Of a stretch of DNA of 64,000 nucleotides, positions 43,838-55,800 are shown one piece after another. Position numbers and translations under genes: made by a program. How positions within the stretch are numbered: the first letter of the stretch is position 1; each line of letters begins with the position of its first letter. This DNA is from Rebecca billardiae RCC1528 (taxonomy: Eukaryota > Protista > Haptophyta). Below the pieces are notes generated by a model. It was not told where the DNA came from. It did not search any database and saw nothing but the letters and a program-made list of their open reading frames with translations. The stretch lies in contig OZ251229.1 of the NCBI GenBank assembly GCA_965240325.2, positions 2,480,001 through 2,544,000 of the forward strand, in the 5' to 3' direction.

Positions 43838-44555
43838 GCGCGCGGACGGCGGAGTGCGCACTGATTGTGTGCGGCCATTGAGCTAAGTATGCTGCAGAAG
43901 TGGCAGCCGCATCTAGGATGTATGACAGTTTGACCATCGTGAAGTGTGACTGACAACTGACAAAACACGGGAATATTATGCGCACGCATGCCACTCTGTG
44001 CGGTGCCGCGGACGCCGCCGGCTGGTCGCCACTATCACTGTGACTGACGAACTACCGCCCTTGGACGAACGGTGCAAGCACTCATATTGACGTTGCAAGA
44101 AAACCTACTGAGCCCCGGCCCAGCGCGGGAAGCGGCGACACCGCCCTGCGGCGTGGTTCGCCCCGCGCTTGTGGGGGCTAGCGGCTTGCGCATCGCCATC
44201 GGAGGAAGTTCTTGGCGCCTGTGGGATGCTCGTGAAGTGCGTTTGCCCGCGCGAGCACGCCAGGGGTGCATTCCTCTCGCTAGCCTCGCGCCGGCGCGCG
44301 TGCGTGCGCTCGTTCGGAACAGCATGTTGAACCCCGCGATCACGACCGCGTGAAGCCCGCGCACGTGACATTGTGCCGGATGACAGGGCGCCTGGGGCCG
44401 GGCAAGTATACTACGGATGCATACGTCGGGATGACATCGTATGCCACCCTCGCTAGTGCACCGAATGCCCCTGATGTGCTGTCCCGCGTGCATCACGACC
44501 AGTCCGCCGTGCCGTCGTCGAGAGTGACCCACCCTGCACCCAACTTCAGACTGCA

Positions 44556-44673
44556 ATATTAGGTCCCAGGGTGATGCTCAGGTCCCTGGAGGTGTTGGGC
44601 CTGTATCATGGTGTCAGGGAGACCCAGAATGACTTATTCGCCGGATGCCCATCATGCCGCTGAGACCTAATAT
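44556..44673. mobile_element. Candidate MITE (~118 bp)
   Basis: ATATTAGGTCCCA...TGAGACCTAATAT inverted ends (12 of 13 matching), consistent with a TA duplication. Single copy in the window. Confidence 0.4.
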
Positions 44674-44829
44674 ACCCGTGTAACGGTCGGGGCTCTAGGT
44701 TTTCTTGCACCATCAATAGCTCTGCATCCGTAGCTGCGTGTGTTTCGTCATATCGTTTCAAAAAGTGCAGCAAGCAGATTTCTCCGGCGCAGAGTGGCGG
44801 CCTCCATCTTGGCAGTGCACACTAACGCC

Positions 44830-45911
44830 ATGCAGCAGTTCGGGCGCTCGAAGACGGTGAACAAGGAGCTGCCCGTTGGCAGCCGTCCCGCGCACCAGAA
44901 GTGGCTCGATCACTGCCACGAGATTCACCGCCAGCGCCTGCAGACAGTCCGGCCGATGGTTGACAACAAGTGGGGTGGCAAGGCGGGCGACAAGAAGCAG
45001 ACGTACCCACACCTCAACAACAATGCGAAGAAGGCGCTGGCGCAGGGGGACAAGCTGGCCGAGCGAGAGCTCGAGAACTACATCCTCCTCGCGAAGCTTT
45101 CCAAGTGCGCGCGGCGACGTCTCCGCGCTGAACGCTCACAGCGCGTCGCGTCGCTTACGCGCTCCGCGCGGCGTTCCCTCGCGTGCGCCGGCCGCCGCGC
45201 AGGATTCTGCAGCGCGAGCCGTCGAACACGCACCACCAGCGCGGGGTGCGCCCGTCGTCGGCGAAGCAGCCCGTGTACTCCGTCCATTCGACCGCCCGCG
45301 AGGCCGAGCTGCGCAGGATCCACCAGGAGAACCTGGCCATCGTGCAGCGCATCCAGAGCGGCCGGCCGCACATCCGCGTGCAGGAGATGGAGAAAGACTA
45401 CGCGCAGAGCGTCAAGTACAAGGAGATGATCTCGAGCTTCAACCGGCAGCGTGGCGGCTCGGGCCCGGCGCAGCTCGACGGCAGCCTCACGGCGCGGAGG
45501 GCGTCCCGGCCGGGCTCGGCCTACTCGTCGTCTGCAGGCGTGCCACACGTGCGGCCCAGCAGCGCTCCGATCGGAAGCAGGCGCGCGCGGCAGCTGGACG
45601 TGAGCGAGTACAAGACCGCGCTGCACGACCGCCGGGCGAGGGGAGCGGCCGGGCGGCACGACCTCCCGCCGGTGCCGCCGGCGTGGGGAGAAGAGCCCGC
45701 CGATGCCACCGGCAGGCGCGGCGCGGCGGACGCCTACGGGTACGACGCGCTGGCGGCGGAGCGAGAGTCGGAGCGGCAGCCTCCGGCTCCGGGCGCAGAG
45801 GATGGGCGCGACGCGCCGCCGGCCGCGGACGGCGGATCGGCTGCGGGCGAGGGCGCGGGCTTGGAGGCGGCAGAGCACGAGCCGCTCCCAGAGAGCCCCG
45901 TTTACAGGTGA
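44830..45911 (+). CDS. CFAP97/KIAA1430 (Hemingway)-family cilia-associated protein; intron 45105-45202
   Basis: HRQRLQTVRPMVDNK, YPHL...KK, ERELENYILLAKLSKI and RRIHQENLAIVQRIQ match the family pattern. The GT..AG intron restores the frame. Confidence 0.75.
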
Positions 45912-46639
45912 CGACGCAGCTAGCTCTGTGTAGTTACCGCCGCGGAAAGCAGCAGAGTGCCAGAGAATGCGCCCGGCTTCGGACGCGGGACGGCGGCGCC
46001 TCAGCACAGCTCAAGCTATGCGCGCCGTGATTGCGGATCATGCATAGTAGGCCGCGACGCCCCCGGGCGCCTGGTCGCCCCGCTGGCGGCGGTGGCGCCA
46101 CCGCCTCGGAGCCCTCTGCTCGGCGGCTCGGACTGAGTCAGACTGTCAGTGAGTCGGCCGAGTGAGTGAGTGAGTTACGCCCGCGCAAGTTCGGAGTTGC
46201 CGACGGTACGGTCTGACGGAGTAGTCAGAATTACCGAGTTACGACTTATTATTCATTATTGATGAATGGCGCGTGCCGCCGCGCAGCGCCAGCCGCAGGC
46301 TGCTAGTATGGCAGTTCAGAACTGGCACAGTCACACTTGATTGATAATATGTGAGAATGGTTATAACACGATGACGATGGCACACGCCGCACACGGCTCG
46401 TCGACGTCAGCCGGCTCAGCAGTCCGAGGACCGCAGACCGGCCACCGGGTCTCGGCCGTGACTGCCCCGCAGCAGCCCGGCCCGTCGCGGTCACTTTTAG
46501 TCAACGTGATTACGTGTACAGCCGCGGCGGCGCGGCCATAAATATGATGCCATGAAAGCTGATAATATATGCTGTAATAATGAGTATAAATGACGCTGTA
46601 TCATTCTGCATCAGCAGTCGACGATCGGGCACTGCCGAC

Positions 46640-46690
46640 GACGAATCAGGAGACCTGCGCCGTCCTACCTGTGTCGTTAAATCATAGAAT
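46640..46690 (+). repeat. 51-bp dispersed repeat, copy 1
   Basis: 46 of 51 bases identical to 48577-48627. Confidence 0.8.
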
Positions 46691-46974
46691 GAATCAAATT
46701 ATATATATATATATAACTAATAATAACAATACCACTGATACTAGCTATACTAGTACAGCAGCTAGCCGTACAGCCGATTCTGACAGATGGAATCACAGTC
46801 ACGGACAACGGGACACCCTCCGTCTCCAATTTCAGTACTAATCATTCGACAGACGAATACTCATTAGTCATTACGCATCACGAATAATTACTGCGCCGCC
46901 ATCGTGCCTGGGCGGATGCGTGAGCGGTGCGATGGCGGAGAGTATTGTACCAGCCAGAAGCCAGGGAGGTGTTC

Positions 46975-48138
46975 ATGACGATCACGATGGACACGGCAGC
47001 AGAAGCGCGCAGTCGCGCAAAGCGCCTCGATTCGACGGCGATTGGCCTCGCTAGTGTAGTGCTCGTAGTCGTCCATTCGCCCTCACCTGCCTCTGCATCA
47101 GCCGGAAATTATGCCAGCAGCTGCAGCACGAACATCTCAGCAACGAAAACAACGGAATGGCGCGACGTTCGTGCTGCAGCCGCCGGCGGCTGCAACACGA
47201 GCGCGACGGAATGGCGCGAGGTGCAGATTGACGTCGCCATCGTCGGCATGCCCAAATGCGGCACCACATACCTTCGCAATCTCTTGGCAATGCACCCAGA
47301 GCTTGCATGCCCGAGCACGGCGCTTGGCGAGGACCCCAGATGCTTGGAGGAGACATCCAGGACGAAAGGGACGCCTTTGTGGCAAGCCCGCCCTCCGGTC
47401 GACTTTGTGCGCCGCATGTGCGCGACAGCCATGGGACCTGGCAATGGAACACGGAGGCGCGTGGTGGTCGGCGAACCGATGCTTCTTTTTCGGCCGTGGC
47501 TCCCTGGCAGCATTGTGCATATCCCCTGCGCCCGCGCCATCGCGTGCATCCGCGAGCCGATTGCATGGCTGGTTTCGGCCCGCAACCACGTGCTCAGGCA
47601 AATGCACGCACATCGCCTGGCTGCATGGCGGTGGCGGACACTGACTGCCTGTCCAGCCAATCATACACCGTCAACGCCACCCTCGCTCGCAGACATTGCG
47701 CTTGGCTGCAAGTGGAACTGGGTGCACAGCATGAACTACGACAATCTCCCGCGCCAACTGAGTGAGCTGGGGCATTTGATGCTGGGCGCGGACGATGTGG
47801 GGCCACAGAAGGCGTTCCAGCGCATGACCGTGGTCAGTCTCGAGGCCATCGAGCACGACCAGGTTGGCACATGGCTGAGGCTAACGAGGTGGCTCGGCCT
47901 CGAGGATGTGCGCTCCCTTGCAGAGCAGCCAGACCCCGTTGGAAAGGCCAAGGATCTGATTGGGGGGGGCTGGTTTCAGTCATGGTGCACTGACGTGAGC
48001 CCAGATGTGCGCGCTGCTGTGCACGGTCACTTTGAGCGCGCGTACAGCGCATTATTGGGCTTCGTCCTCCAGCGCCTGCCACTCAGCATTCTTTCCCCGA
48101 GCCAGGTGGCAGGCACGGCACGCGTGCTGACATGCTAA
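46975..48138 (+). CDS. PAPS-dependent sulfotransferase-like protein (type II membrane)
   Basis: 5'-PSB loop IVGMPKCGTTYLRNLLAMHP; 3'-PB motif IREPIAWLVSARNH; N-terminal hydrophobic anchor; intronless. Confidence 0.8.
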   Translation: MTITMDTAAEARSRAKRLDSTAIGLASVVLVVVHSPSPASASAGNYASSCSTNISATKTTEWRDVRAAAAGGCNTSATEWREVQIDVAIVGMPKCGTTYLRNLLAMHPELACPSTALGEDPRCLEETSRTKGTPLWQARPPVDFVRRMCATAMGPGNGTRRRVVVGEPMLLFRPWLPGSIVHIPCARAIACIREPIAWLVSARNHVLRQMHAHRLAAWRWRTLTACPANHTPSTPPSLADIALGCKWNWVHSMNYDNLPRQLSELGHLMLGADDVGPQKAFQRMTVVSLEAIEHDQVGTWLRLTRWLGLEDVRSLAEQPDPVGKAKDLIGGGWFQSWCTDVSPDVRAAVHGHFERAYSALLGFVLQRLPLSILSPSQVAGTARVLTC

Positions 48139-48576
48139 TCAGTTGTGACTGCGCGTCAACCTGGGCCGCTCTGCAGATTATAATTTATAATTATAATATA
48201 TCGTCAGCATCGGAATTTCGGATTCACCCGCGGCTTATATTATAAATATAAATATATCGATATTGCGGATGCCGCGCTCTGGCACTCAGTCACAACATCA
48301 CCCACCAGCTGCTGACCAAGAACAGGCTACACCATCGTCCACCATGACCTGCCACTGACCAAGTAGGCGACGACATCATCCGCACCAGCTGCTGACCAAG
48401 TAGGGGACGGCCTGGCCGACGCCAACATGCTCACTCGCCTTTGATTTCGTACCCATGCACTTCCTGGTGGGCCTGACGACGTCCGGACGACGACAACAAC
48501 GACATCCGCCATGGGGACCAACATCAACGCGCTCACACCACTGCCACTGCTGCAAGCTTCGACCAGTACCACTACA

Positions 48577-48627
48577 GACGAATCAGGAGAGCTGCGCCCT
48601 CGTGCCTGTGTCTTTAAATCATAGAAT
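48577..48627 (+). repeat. 51-bp dispersed repeat, copy 2
   Basis: GACGAATCAGGAGAGCTGCGCC...CCTGTGTCTTTAAATCATAGAAT; matches 46640-46690. Confidence 0.8.
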
Positions 48628-49199
48628 TAGTCAGTCCGAGTGACCGTAGCCTGATCTCAGCTGTCATTGTCAATGACTCAATACACCACTACCCTGATAC
48701 TCATGTAGTCATGAGCCTCATGCTGGTCGATGGCACAGATTATGATGGCCAGATCCGCACTGATCAGTACCGTGTTGCCAGTAGAGTCTAATGACTAATA
48801 ATGACGTCACTGGGCGGCGGTCTCATGCCGTCTGGGCGGTTCCGAGACAGTGCGACTCGCGGCCGATCGACTCACTATCGACGGACGTGTGACGCGGACC
48901 GTCACCGTGCCGGCCCGGCGGAGAGAGTGCCAGACTGCCGCTGGCGTCGGCGCGTCGCCATGCCACATGCGCAGAGCGGCCGAAGGCCAGCGCACTGGCA
49001 GTGACTGGCACCGCCACAGCCTCTCTAAGGCTCTATCATAGGGGCCACACTTTAGCTAGTCTCAGACTCAGTCAGTCTTAACCGATCTTAAGTCATAAGA
49101 GAGCGAACGACTTTACCCGCGGGACACGCGATCTCTATTTCCGGCTCACCGCCGTTGATGAGGGTCACCGGCTTTTTCCTTGGCGCCCACAGACTGGAC

Positions 49200-52100
49200 A
49201 TGGCCCGGCGCCGGCGCGCCGTCGCGCTGACGGCGCTGGTCCTCGCGGCCACGCCGGTGCGGCTGCAGCTCCCGCCGCTGCCTCCGTCGCCGCCATCCCC
49301 GCCTGAGCCACCCATGCCGCCGTCACCGCCGTCACCCGCCCCGTCCGCGCTCGCGAGCGCGTGCGTGAACGGCACGGATGGCAACCTCGTGTACACGGAT
49401 GGCGCGGTGCCCACGTGCTTCTCCTCGTTCGCGTCGGCGAACGTCACGTTTGCCGCGGCGCGTGCGCTGTGCGCTACCCTCGGTGACGCCCACGGCCTCG
49501 TCGGCCGGCTCGCGCTGCCCCCCGACGCCGATGCGCTGGGTGCGATCTTTCTCAATTTCGAGCTCTCGAAGCTCGGCGGTGCTGGCCCGTGGCTCGACGG
49601 CACGGACGCCGTGAGCGAGGGCGTGTGGCTCGATTCGACGGGCGCGGCGGTACCCTACCTCAATTGGCTGCCCGACAGCGACCCGCCAGCTGACGACACG
49701 GCGCGCAACTGCATGCACATTCGCGAGCCGCAGGTGTCAGGTGGGTATTACTCGGATCTGTCGTGCACGGCACAGCTGGGCTATCTGTGCCAGCTGCAGG
49801 AGCCGGCGTCGCCGAGCCCGCCGCCGCCGCCGAGCCCGCTGCCGCACCCGCCGCCCGTGCCGCCGCCGAGCCCGCCGCCGAGCCCGCCGCCCGTGCCTCC
49901 GCCGAGCCCGCCGCCGCACCCGCCGCCACCGCCTCCGCCCGGCCCGCCGCCGTCGCACCCGCCGTCACCGCCGCAGCCGCCGAGCCCGCCCAACCCGTCC
50001 CCGCCTCCGCCAGCTCCGCCCAGGTCGCCGCCATCGGCGCCGCCTCCGCTCTCGCCGCCCCCGAGCTCGCCGCCGCCCGCGTCGCCGCCGCCGCCGCCTC
50101 TCACGCACGTGCTGCTCGTGAAAGGCTGTGGCACGCAGTCGGAGGCGTGCGTGCCGCTCGAGTCTGCGGCGGCCGTCCGCTGCTGCCAGGCGTCGCAGGA
50201 GTACGCGTGCTTCGACGCGATCTGCACGGACGAGATGGCAGGTGGGAATCTCTCGCTCGAGCCGCTCGTCCCGGGCCACGACGGCACCAACGCGACGTAT
50301 GAGCTGGCCGCGGCCGAGTGCGCGGCGTGGGGGCACCGGCTGTGCTCGGCGGACGAGCTGCGCAACGGCAGCTGCTGCGCGTCAGGCTGCAGCCACGACA
50401 ACCGGCAGGTGTGGAGCAGCACGCGGTGCGACGCGCAGTCGCCTCCGCCGGCACCGCCGCAGCCGCCCAGCCCGCCCAACCCGTCCCCGCCTCCGCCAGC
50501 CCCGCCCTCTTCGCCGCCATCGTCGCCGCCGCCGCTCCCGCCGCCGCCGAGCTCGCCGCCGCCCGCGTCGCCGCCGCCCGCGCCCCTCACCCACGTGCTG
50601 CTCGTGGATGGCTGCGGCTCGATGGGCGAGTCGTGCGTGTCCGTCGACGCGACGGGCCCCGTGCGCTGCTGCCAGGCGTCGCAGGAGGACGCGTGCTTCG
50701 ACGCGATCTGCACGGACGAGGCGAACGGCGGCAGCCCGTCGCTCGAGCCGCTCGTCCCGGGCCACGACGGCACCAACGCGACGTATGAGCTGGCCGCTGC
50801 CGAGTGCGCGGCGTGGGGGCACCGGCTGTGCTCGGCGGACGAGCTGCGTGGGGGGTCTTGCTGCGGCACGGGGTGCACGTACAATCGGCGGCAGGTGTGG
50901 AGCACCACGCGCTGCAACGCGCCGCCGTCGCCTCCCACGCCGCCACCGTCGCCGCGCGCCCCGCCGTCACCGCCGCCCTCGCCGCCGCCGAGCCCGCCGC
51001 CCTCGCCGCCGCCGAGCCCGCCGCCCTCGCCGCCCTCGCCGGCCTCGCCGCCCTCGCCGCCGCCCCCTCCGCCCCCTCCGCCCCCTCCGCCCTCGCCGCC
51101 GCCCTCGCCGTGCGAGCTGCGCATGGCCGGAAGCGCCGGTCACAACGGCTCGTGCTACGCGCTGCTCAGCACGGGCCGCACGTTCGACGCGGCGCGGCTC
51201 GCGTGCGCGGACGCCTCGCCGCAGGCGGACCTGGCGGTGATCAGCTCCGAGGCGGAGAGCGCGTTCGTGCTCGAGAGCCTGCTCTCGGGCGCGAGCAACG
51301 CGTGGATCGGGCTGAGCGACGCGGACGAGGAGGGCGCGTGGCGCTGGGTCGACGGCTCGCTCCTCGCCGACGGCACGTTTGTCGACTGGTCGTCTGGCGA
51401 GCCCAACGACTCGGGCGACGAGGACTGCGCCGAGATGTACGCTTCCAACGGGCGGTGGAACGATCTTCCGTGCACCTCGCTCAGGCTGGCGCTGTGCGAG
51501 GTGGCGGCCGAGGCGTACCCGCCCTCGCCGCCGCCCGCGCCGCCGCCCTCGCCGCCGCCGGCGGTGTGCACCGAGATGAGCGCTGGCCCCTCCTCGTCGT
51601 CCTCGCTGCTCGACGGCTCGGCGTGCGAGCGCGAACCGAGCGACGATCGCCTCGAGTCCCTCTCCGCCGCGATGGCCTCCGAGCCCGGGCGCGTGGTCGT
51701 GTCGTGGGCGTTCGTCCCGGCCGCGTCGGGCACGTACAGCACGGACCACGGCGTCTCGGTCCGGCTGCTCGCGCGGATGCCCGGCGCGGCTGCATTCGAG
51801 ACGATCGCAGACCGCGCGTACGCGCCGTCTGCGCTCGAATTCGGTTCGACCAACTCCGACTCGCTCGAGTGGGCCGTGCCGTCTGACGCGGCGTGCGGCA
51901 GCGCGGTGCTTCGGCTCGCGCTGGAGGATCGCGCGAGCGAGGAGGACCAGGTCGACGGCGAGTGCGCCACCGACGCGGATGGCAGCCACTTCGACAATCT
52001 CGAGCTCGAGATTGCGCTCGTGGATGCAAGGCCGCCGAGCCCGCCCGGCGCGCCGCCGGGCTCGCCGCCAAGCCCGCCGCCGAGCCCGCCGCCGAGCGCG

Positions 52101-52785
52101 CCTCCGAGCCCGCCGCCGATGAGCCCGCCGCCGGGCTCGCCGCCGAGCCCACCGCCCTCGCCCCCGCCGAGCCTTCCGCCCCCGCCGCCGCCGAGCCCAC
52201 CGCCCTCGCCCCCGCCGAGCCTTCCGCCGCCGCCGCCGCCGAGCCCACCGCCCTCGCCGCCGCCGAGCCTTCCGCCGCCGCCGCCGCCGAGCCCGCCGCC
52301 CTCGCCGCCGCCGGGCCCGCCGCCCTCGCCGCCGCCGAGCCCACCGCCCTCGCCGCCGCCGGGCCTTCCGCCCTCGCCGCCGCCGAGCCCGCCCCCGGCG
52401 ACCCCGCCGAGCCCACCACCGAGCACGCCGCCATCGCAGCCGCCCAGCTCGCCGCCGATCCCGCCGCCGAGCCCACCACCGAGCCCGCCGCCGTCGCAGC
52501 CGCCGCCGAGCCCGCCGCCGAGCCCGCCGCCGTCGCAGCCGCCCAGCTCGCCGCCGAGCCCGCCGCCGAGCCCGCCGCCGGCCTCGCCGCCCGCGCCGCC
52601 GCCCAGCTCGCCGCCGGCCTTGCCGCCAGCCCTGCCGCCGGCGCCGCCGCCAGCGCCGCCCCCGTCCCCGCCGCCTGAGCCCCCCGGCAGCCCGCCACCG
52701 AGCCCGCCGCCCTCGCCCGGCCCGCCGCCCAGCCCGCCGCCCTCGCCGCCACCGTCGCCGCCGCCGCCCAGCCCGCCGCCCGGCC

Positions 52786-52820
<35 letters not shown>

Positions 52821-55800
52821 AAGCCCCCGCCCAGCCCGCCGCGCGTGCTCTTCGCGCCGCGGCTCGCGCGGGCCTCCTTCGACGCGAGCGGCACGCGCGT
52901 GCTGGTGCGCTTTGAGCCGTTTCCGCGAACGAACCGCGCGCGGATGGCGGGCGTCGCGCCGTGCGCGGCGGTGCTGGACGACGCGACGGTGGCGCTCGCG
53001 CGCGGCGACGGCTCGGACGAGCCGAGCTGCTACTGGGAGGACGACGACGTGACCCTTGTCATCAACCTGGACAGCACGAGCGCCATCCGGCCTGGCACGA
53101 GCCTGAGCATCCGAGACGACACGCTCGCGCCCGCGGCGTTCGAGGGCGCGTGCCCGGATGCGCTGTGCGTGGTCGGCGCGTCGATCGCGGTCGACGCGAC
53201 CGACCCGTGCGACGGCGCGCCGTGCCCGAGCCCGAGCGCGGTCCTCGCCGCGCCCGCGCAGCTCTCCGCGTGCCCGGACGCGACGCTCACGCTTGACGGC
53301 TCGGGCTCGGCGGGCGGGGGCGTCGGCGCCCTCCGCTTTTCCTGGGACGTCGAAATCGGCTCGACGGACAACGCCGATGCGCTCCGGGCGCACCTGCGCG
53401 CGCTGCCGGCCGACGCGAGCGTCGTCGAGCTCGGCGGAGCGGGCGGGCTGCTGACGAACGGCACGCACTTCGCGTTCGTCCTGGTCGTCGAGTCGGCGCT
53501 CGGGCAGACGTCGGCCGCCGCCGTAGCGAGCGTGAGCCGCTCCGGCAGCGGGCGCACGCCCACGTTGCGCATCGACGGACCGGCGACGCAGCTCTCGCGC
53601 TCGTCGCAGCGCGCGCGCGTGCGCGCGTCCGCCACCCTCGCGCCATGCTTCGACACGAGCGCGGAGGCGTTCGCGCTCGACTTCTCGTGGGCGCACGTGG
53701 GCACTACGGTGAGCGCCAGCGCCGAGCCCGCGGCCGACGTGCCTCTTCTCGACCTCTCCGCCGCCACGGGCCCGACCCTCTCGCTGCCGCCGGGGTCGCT
53801 GTTTGCCGGCCGCACGTACTTGCTGGTGGTGCGCGCGGCGATGCGCTCCGCGCCGGAGGAGTTCGCCGAGGCGGCCGTCGGCGTCGCCGTGCAGGCGGAG
53901 GCGCTGGTCGCGACGATCGCGGGCGGCGACCGGCGCGCGTCGGTGGCGAGCGCGCTCGTGCTCGACGCGAGCGCGTCGTATGACCCGACGCGCCTCCCGC
54001 CCGCCGCGCTCGCGCCGCTTGAGTTCTCCTGGGCGGTGTTCCGACTGGACGCGCTCGGCGAGGCGGTCGCCGAGGTGGGGCTGGGCGGCTCGGTGGCGGT
54101 GGGGGAGGCGGTGCTGGCGCTGGAGGCGGGCACGCTGCCCCTCGGCACATACCGCGCGACCGTCGCCGTGCGCGCGGGCGACGGCCGCGCGGCGAGCGCG
54201 AGCGTGCGCCTCGAGCTCGTGAGCGCGCCCACGCCCGTCGTCACGCTGGCGCCGCTCGACCGCGCGGTCTTCAACGCGGACGACAAGCTCGCGCTGCGCG
54301 TCACCTCGGTCGGGCTCGCGAGCCCTGCGCAGGTCGCGGCGGCGCTCGTCGCGGCCGGGCTGGCGACGGACGCGGCGGACGCGGCGGCGCGCAACCTCAC
54401 CGCCGCCGACGTGCCCTGGCAGTACGCTTGGAGTGCGCGCGCGCTCGCGAGCGGCGCGGCCGTCGAGCTCGGCTCGGCGGCGACCACCACGACCGGCGCC
54501 GCGCGGCGCAACCTCGTCGTGCGCGCGGGCGCGCTGCTGCCCGGCGCGGCGTACGCGTTCGAGCTCGGCGTGAGCGCGGCGGGGACGGGCGCGCAGGCGG
54601 TGCGGCTGCAGCTCACGATGAACCGCCCGCCGTTCGGCGGCTCGCTCGCCGTCTCACCCGAGTCCGGGACGGCCGGAACGACGAGATTCGATCTCGCGGC
54701 GAGCGGCTGGTCGGACGACGGCGCGGACCACCTGCCGCTGCGCTACGCGTTCGCATACGAGCCTGCGGCGGGCGCGGCGGCGGACGGCGCGGACGCGCGC
54801 TCGCTCGGCGGCGCCACCCTCTCCACCCGCGCCGCCGCCTTCCTGCCCGCCGGCACGCACCGCGCGCTCGTGCGCGTCTCGGATGCGTACGGGGCGAGCG
54901 CGACCAAGCGCGCCGGCGCGGCGGTCACGGTGGCCGAGCTGCAGCTGGACGACGCGGCGGTCGAGTCGGTGCTCGGCGCAATCGACGTGGCCGAGGCGAC
55001 GGGCGAGTCGGACACCGTCTACCAACTGGTCGCCTCGCTCGCCGACTCGCTCGAGGGCGCGGGCTCCGGCGGTGGCGGTGGCGAGCCGGGCGGCGGCGGC
55101 AACGGCACCGCAGGAGGGGGCGCGCTCGGCGACGCGGCCGCGCGCAGCACGCGGCTCGCGCTGGTGCGCTCGCTCGAGGACGCGGCGGGCACGGCGGAGC
55201 CGACGGAAGAATCGGTGCGGCTCCGCGCAGAGAGCGCCTTCGCCGTCCTCCGCGTCACGGACCAGCTCTCGGCCGACGCGCAGGTCGAGGGCGCCGCGCT
55301 CGCGCTCGGCGTCGCCGAGTCGGCGGCGAGCGCCGGCGTGGATGATGTCACCTCGGCGCTCCTCGCCTCCACCCTCTCGTCGCTGCTCGCCGCGGGTGAC
55401 GCGGAGCTGAGCGCGGCGTCGGCGCGCGAGCGCGATGACGCTGTGAGCGCGGCCGCGCGCACGCTCGCCTCCGGCCTCGTGCGCGGCGCGGTCGCGGGCG
55501 AGGACGGGCGCTCGGCGCTCTCGGCTCTGGTGAACGTGTCCGCGACGCGCGCGCTGCTCGAGGCGCTGGAGGACACGCCGTTCCTCGCGCCGGGCGGCGA
55601 CGCGGGCTCAGTGCAGCTGCCCGCGTCGATCGCGGAGGGCGCGGCGGCGGGCGGCGCCGGCGGCGGCGCGGTGCTCACCGACAGCCTCGACCTGCAGCTG
55701 GTGATCTTCGGCACGAATGTGCATGCGGACGAGGCGCTGCCGCCGGGCGGCGACGGCGGCGCGGGCGGCGCCGCGCCGGGCGCGCTGTCCACCAAAGTCT

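Larger units (their letters stand above)
42096..43840. repeat. 737-bp inverted repeat (42096-42832 / 43104-43840) with a 271-bp unique spacer
   Basis: ORF translations in all listed frames are identical on the opposite strands. Confidence 0.95.

Noticed and set aside
44035-44562. Short ORFs between Lhcf and the CFAP97-like gene
   Set aside because: No motifs, mostly non-ATG starts, and no convincing splice model.
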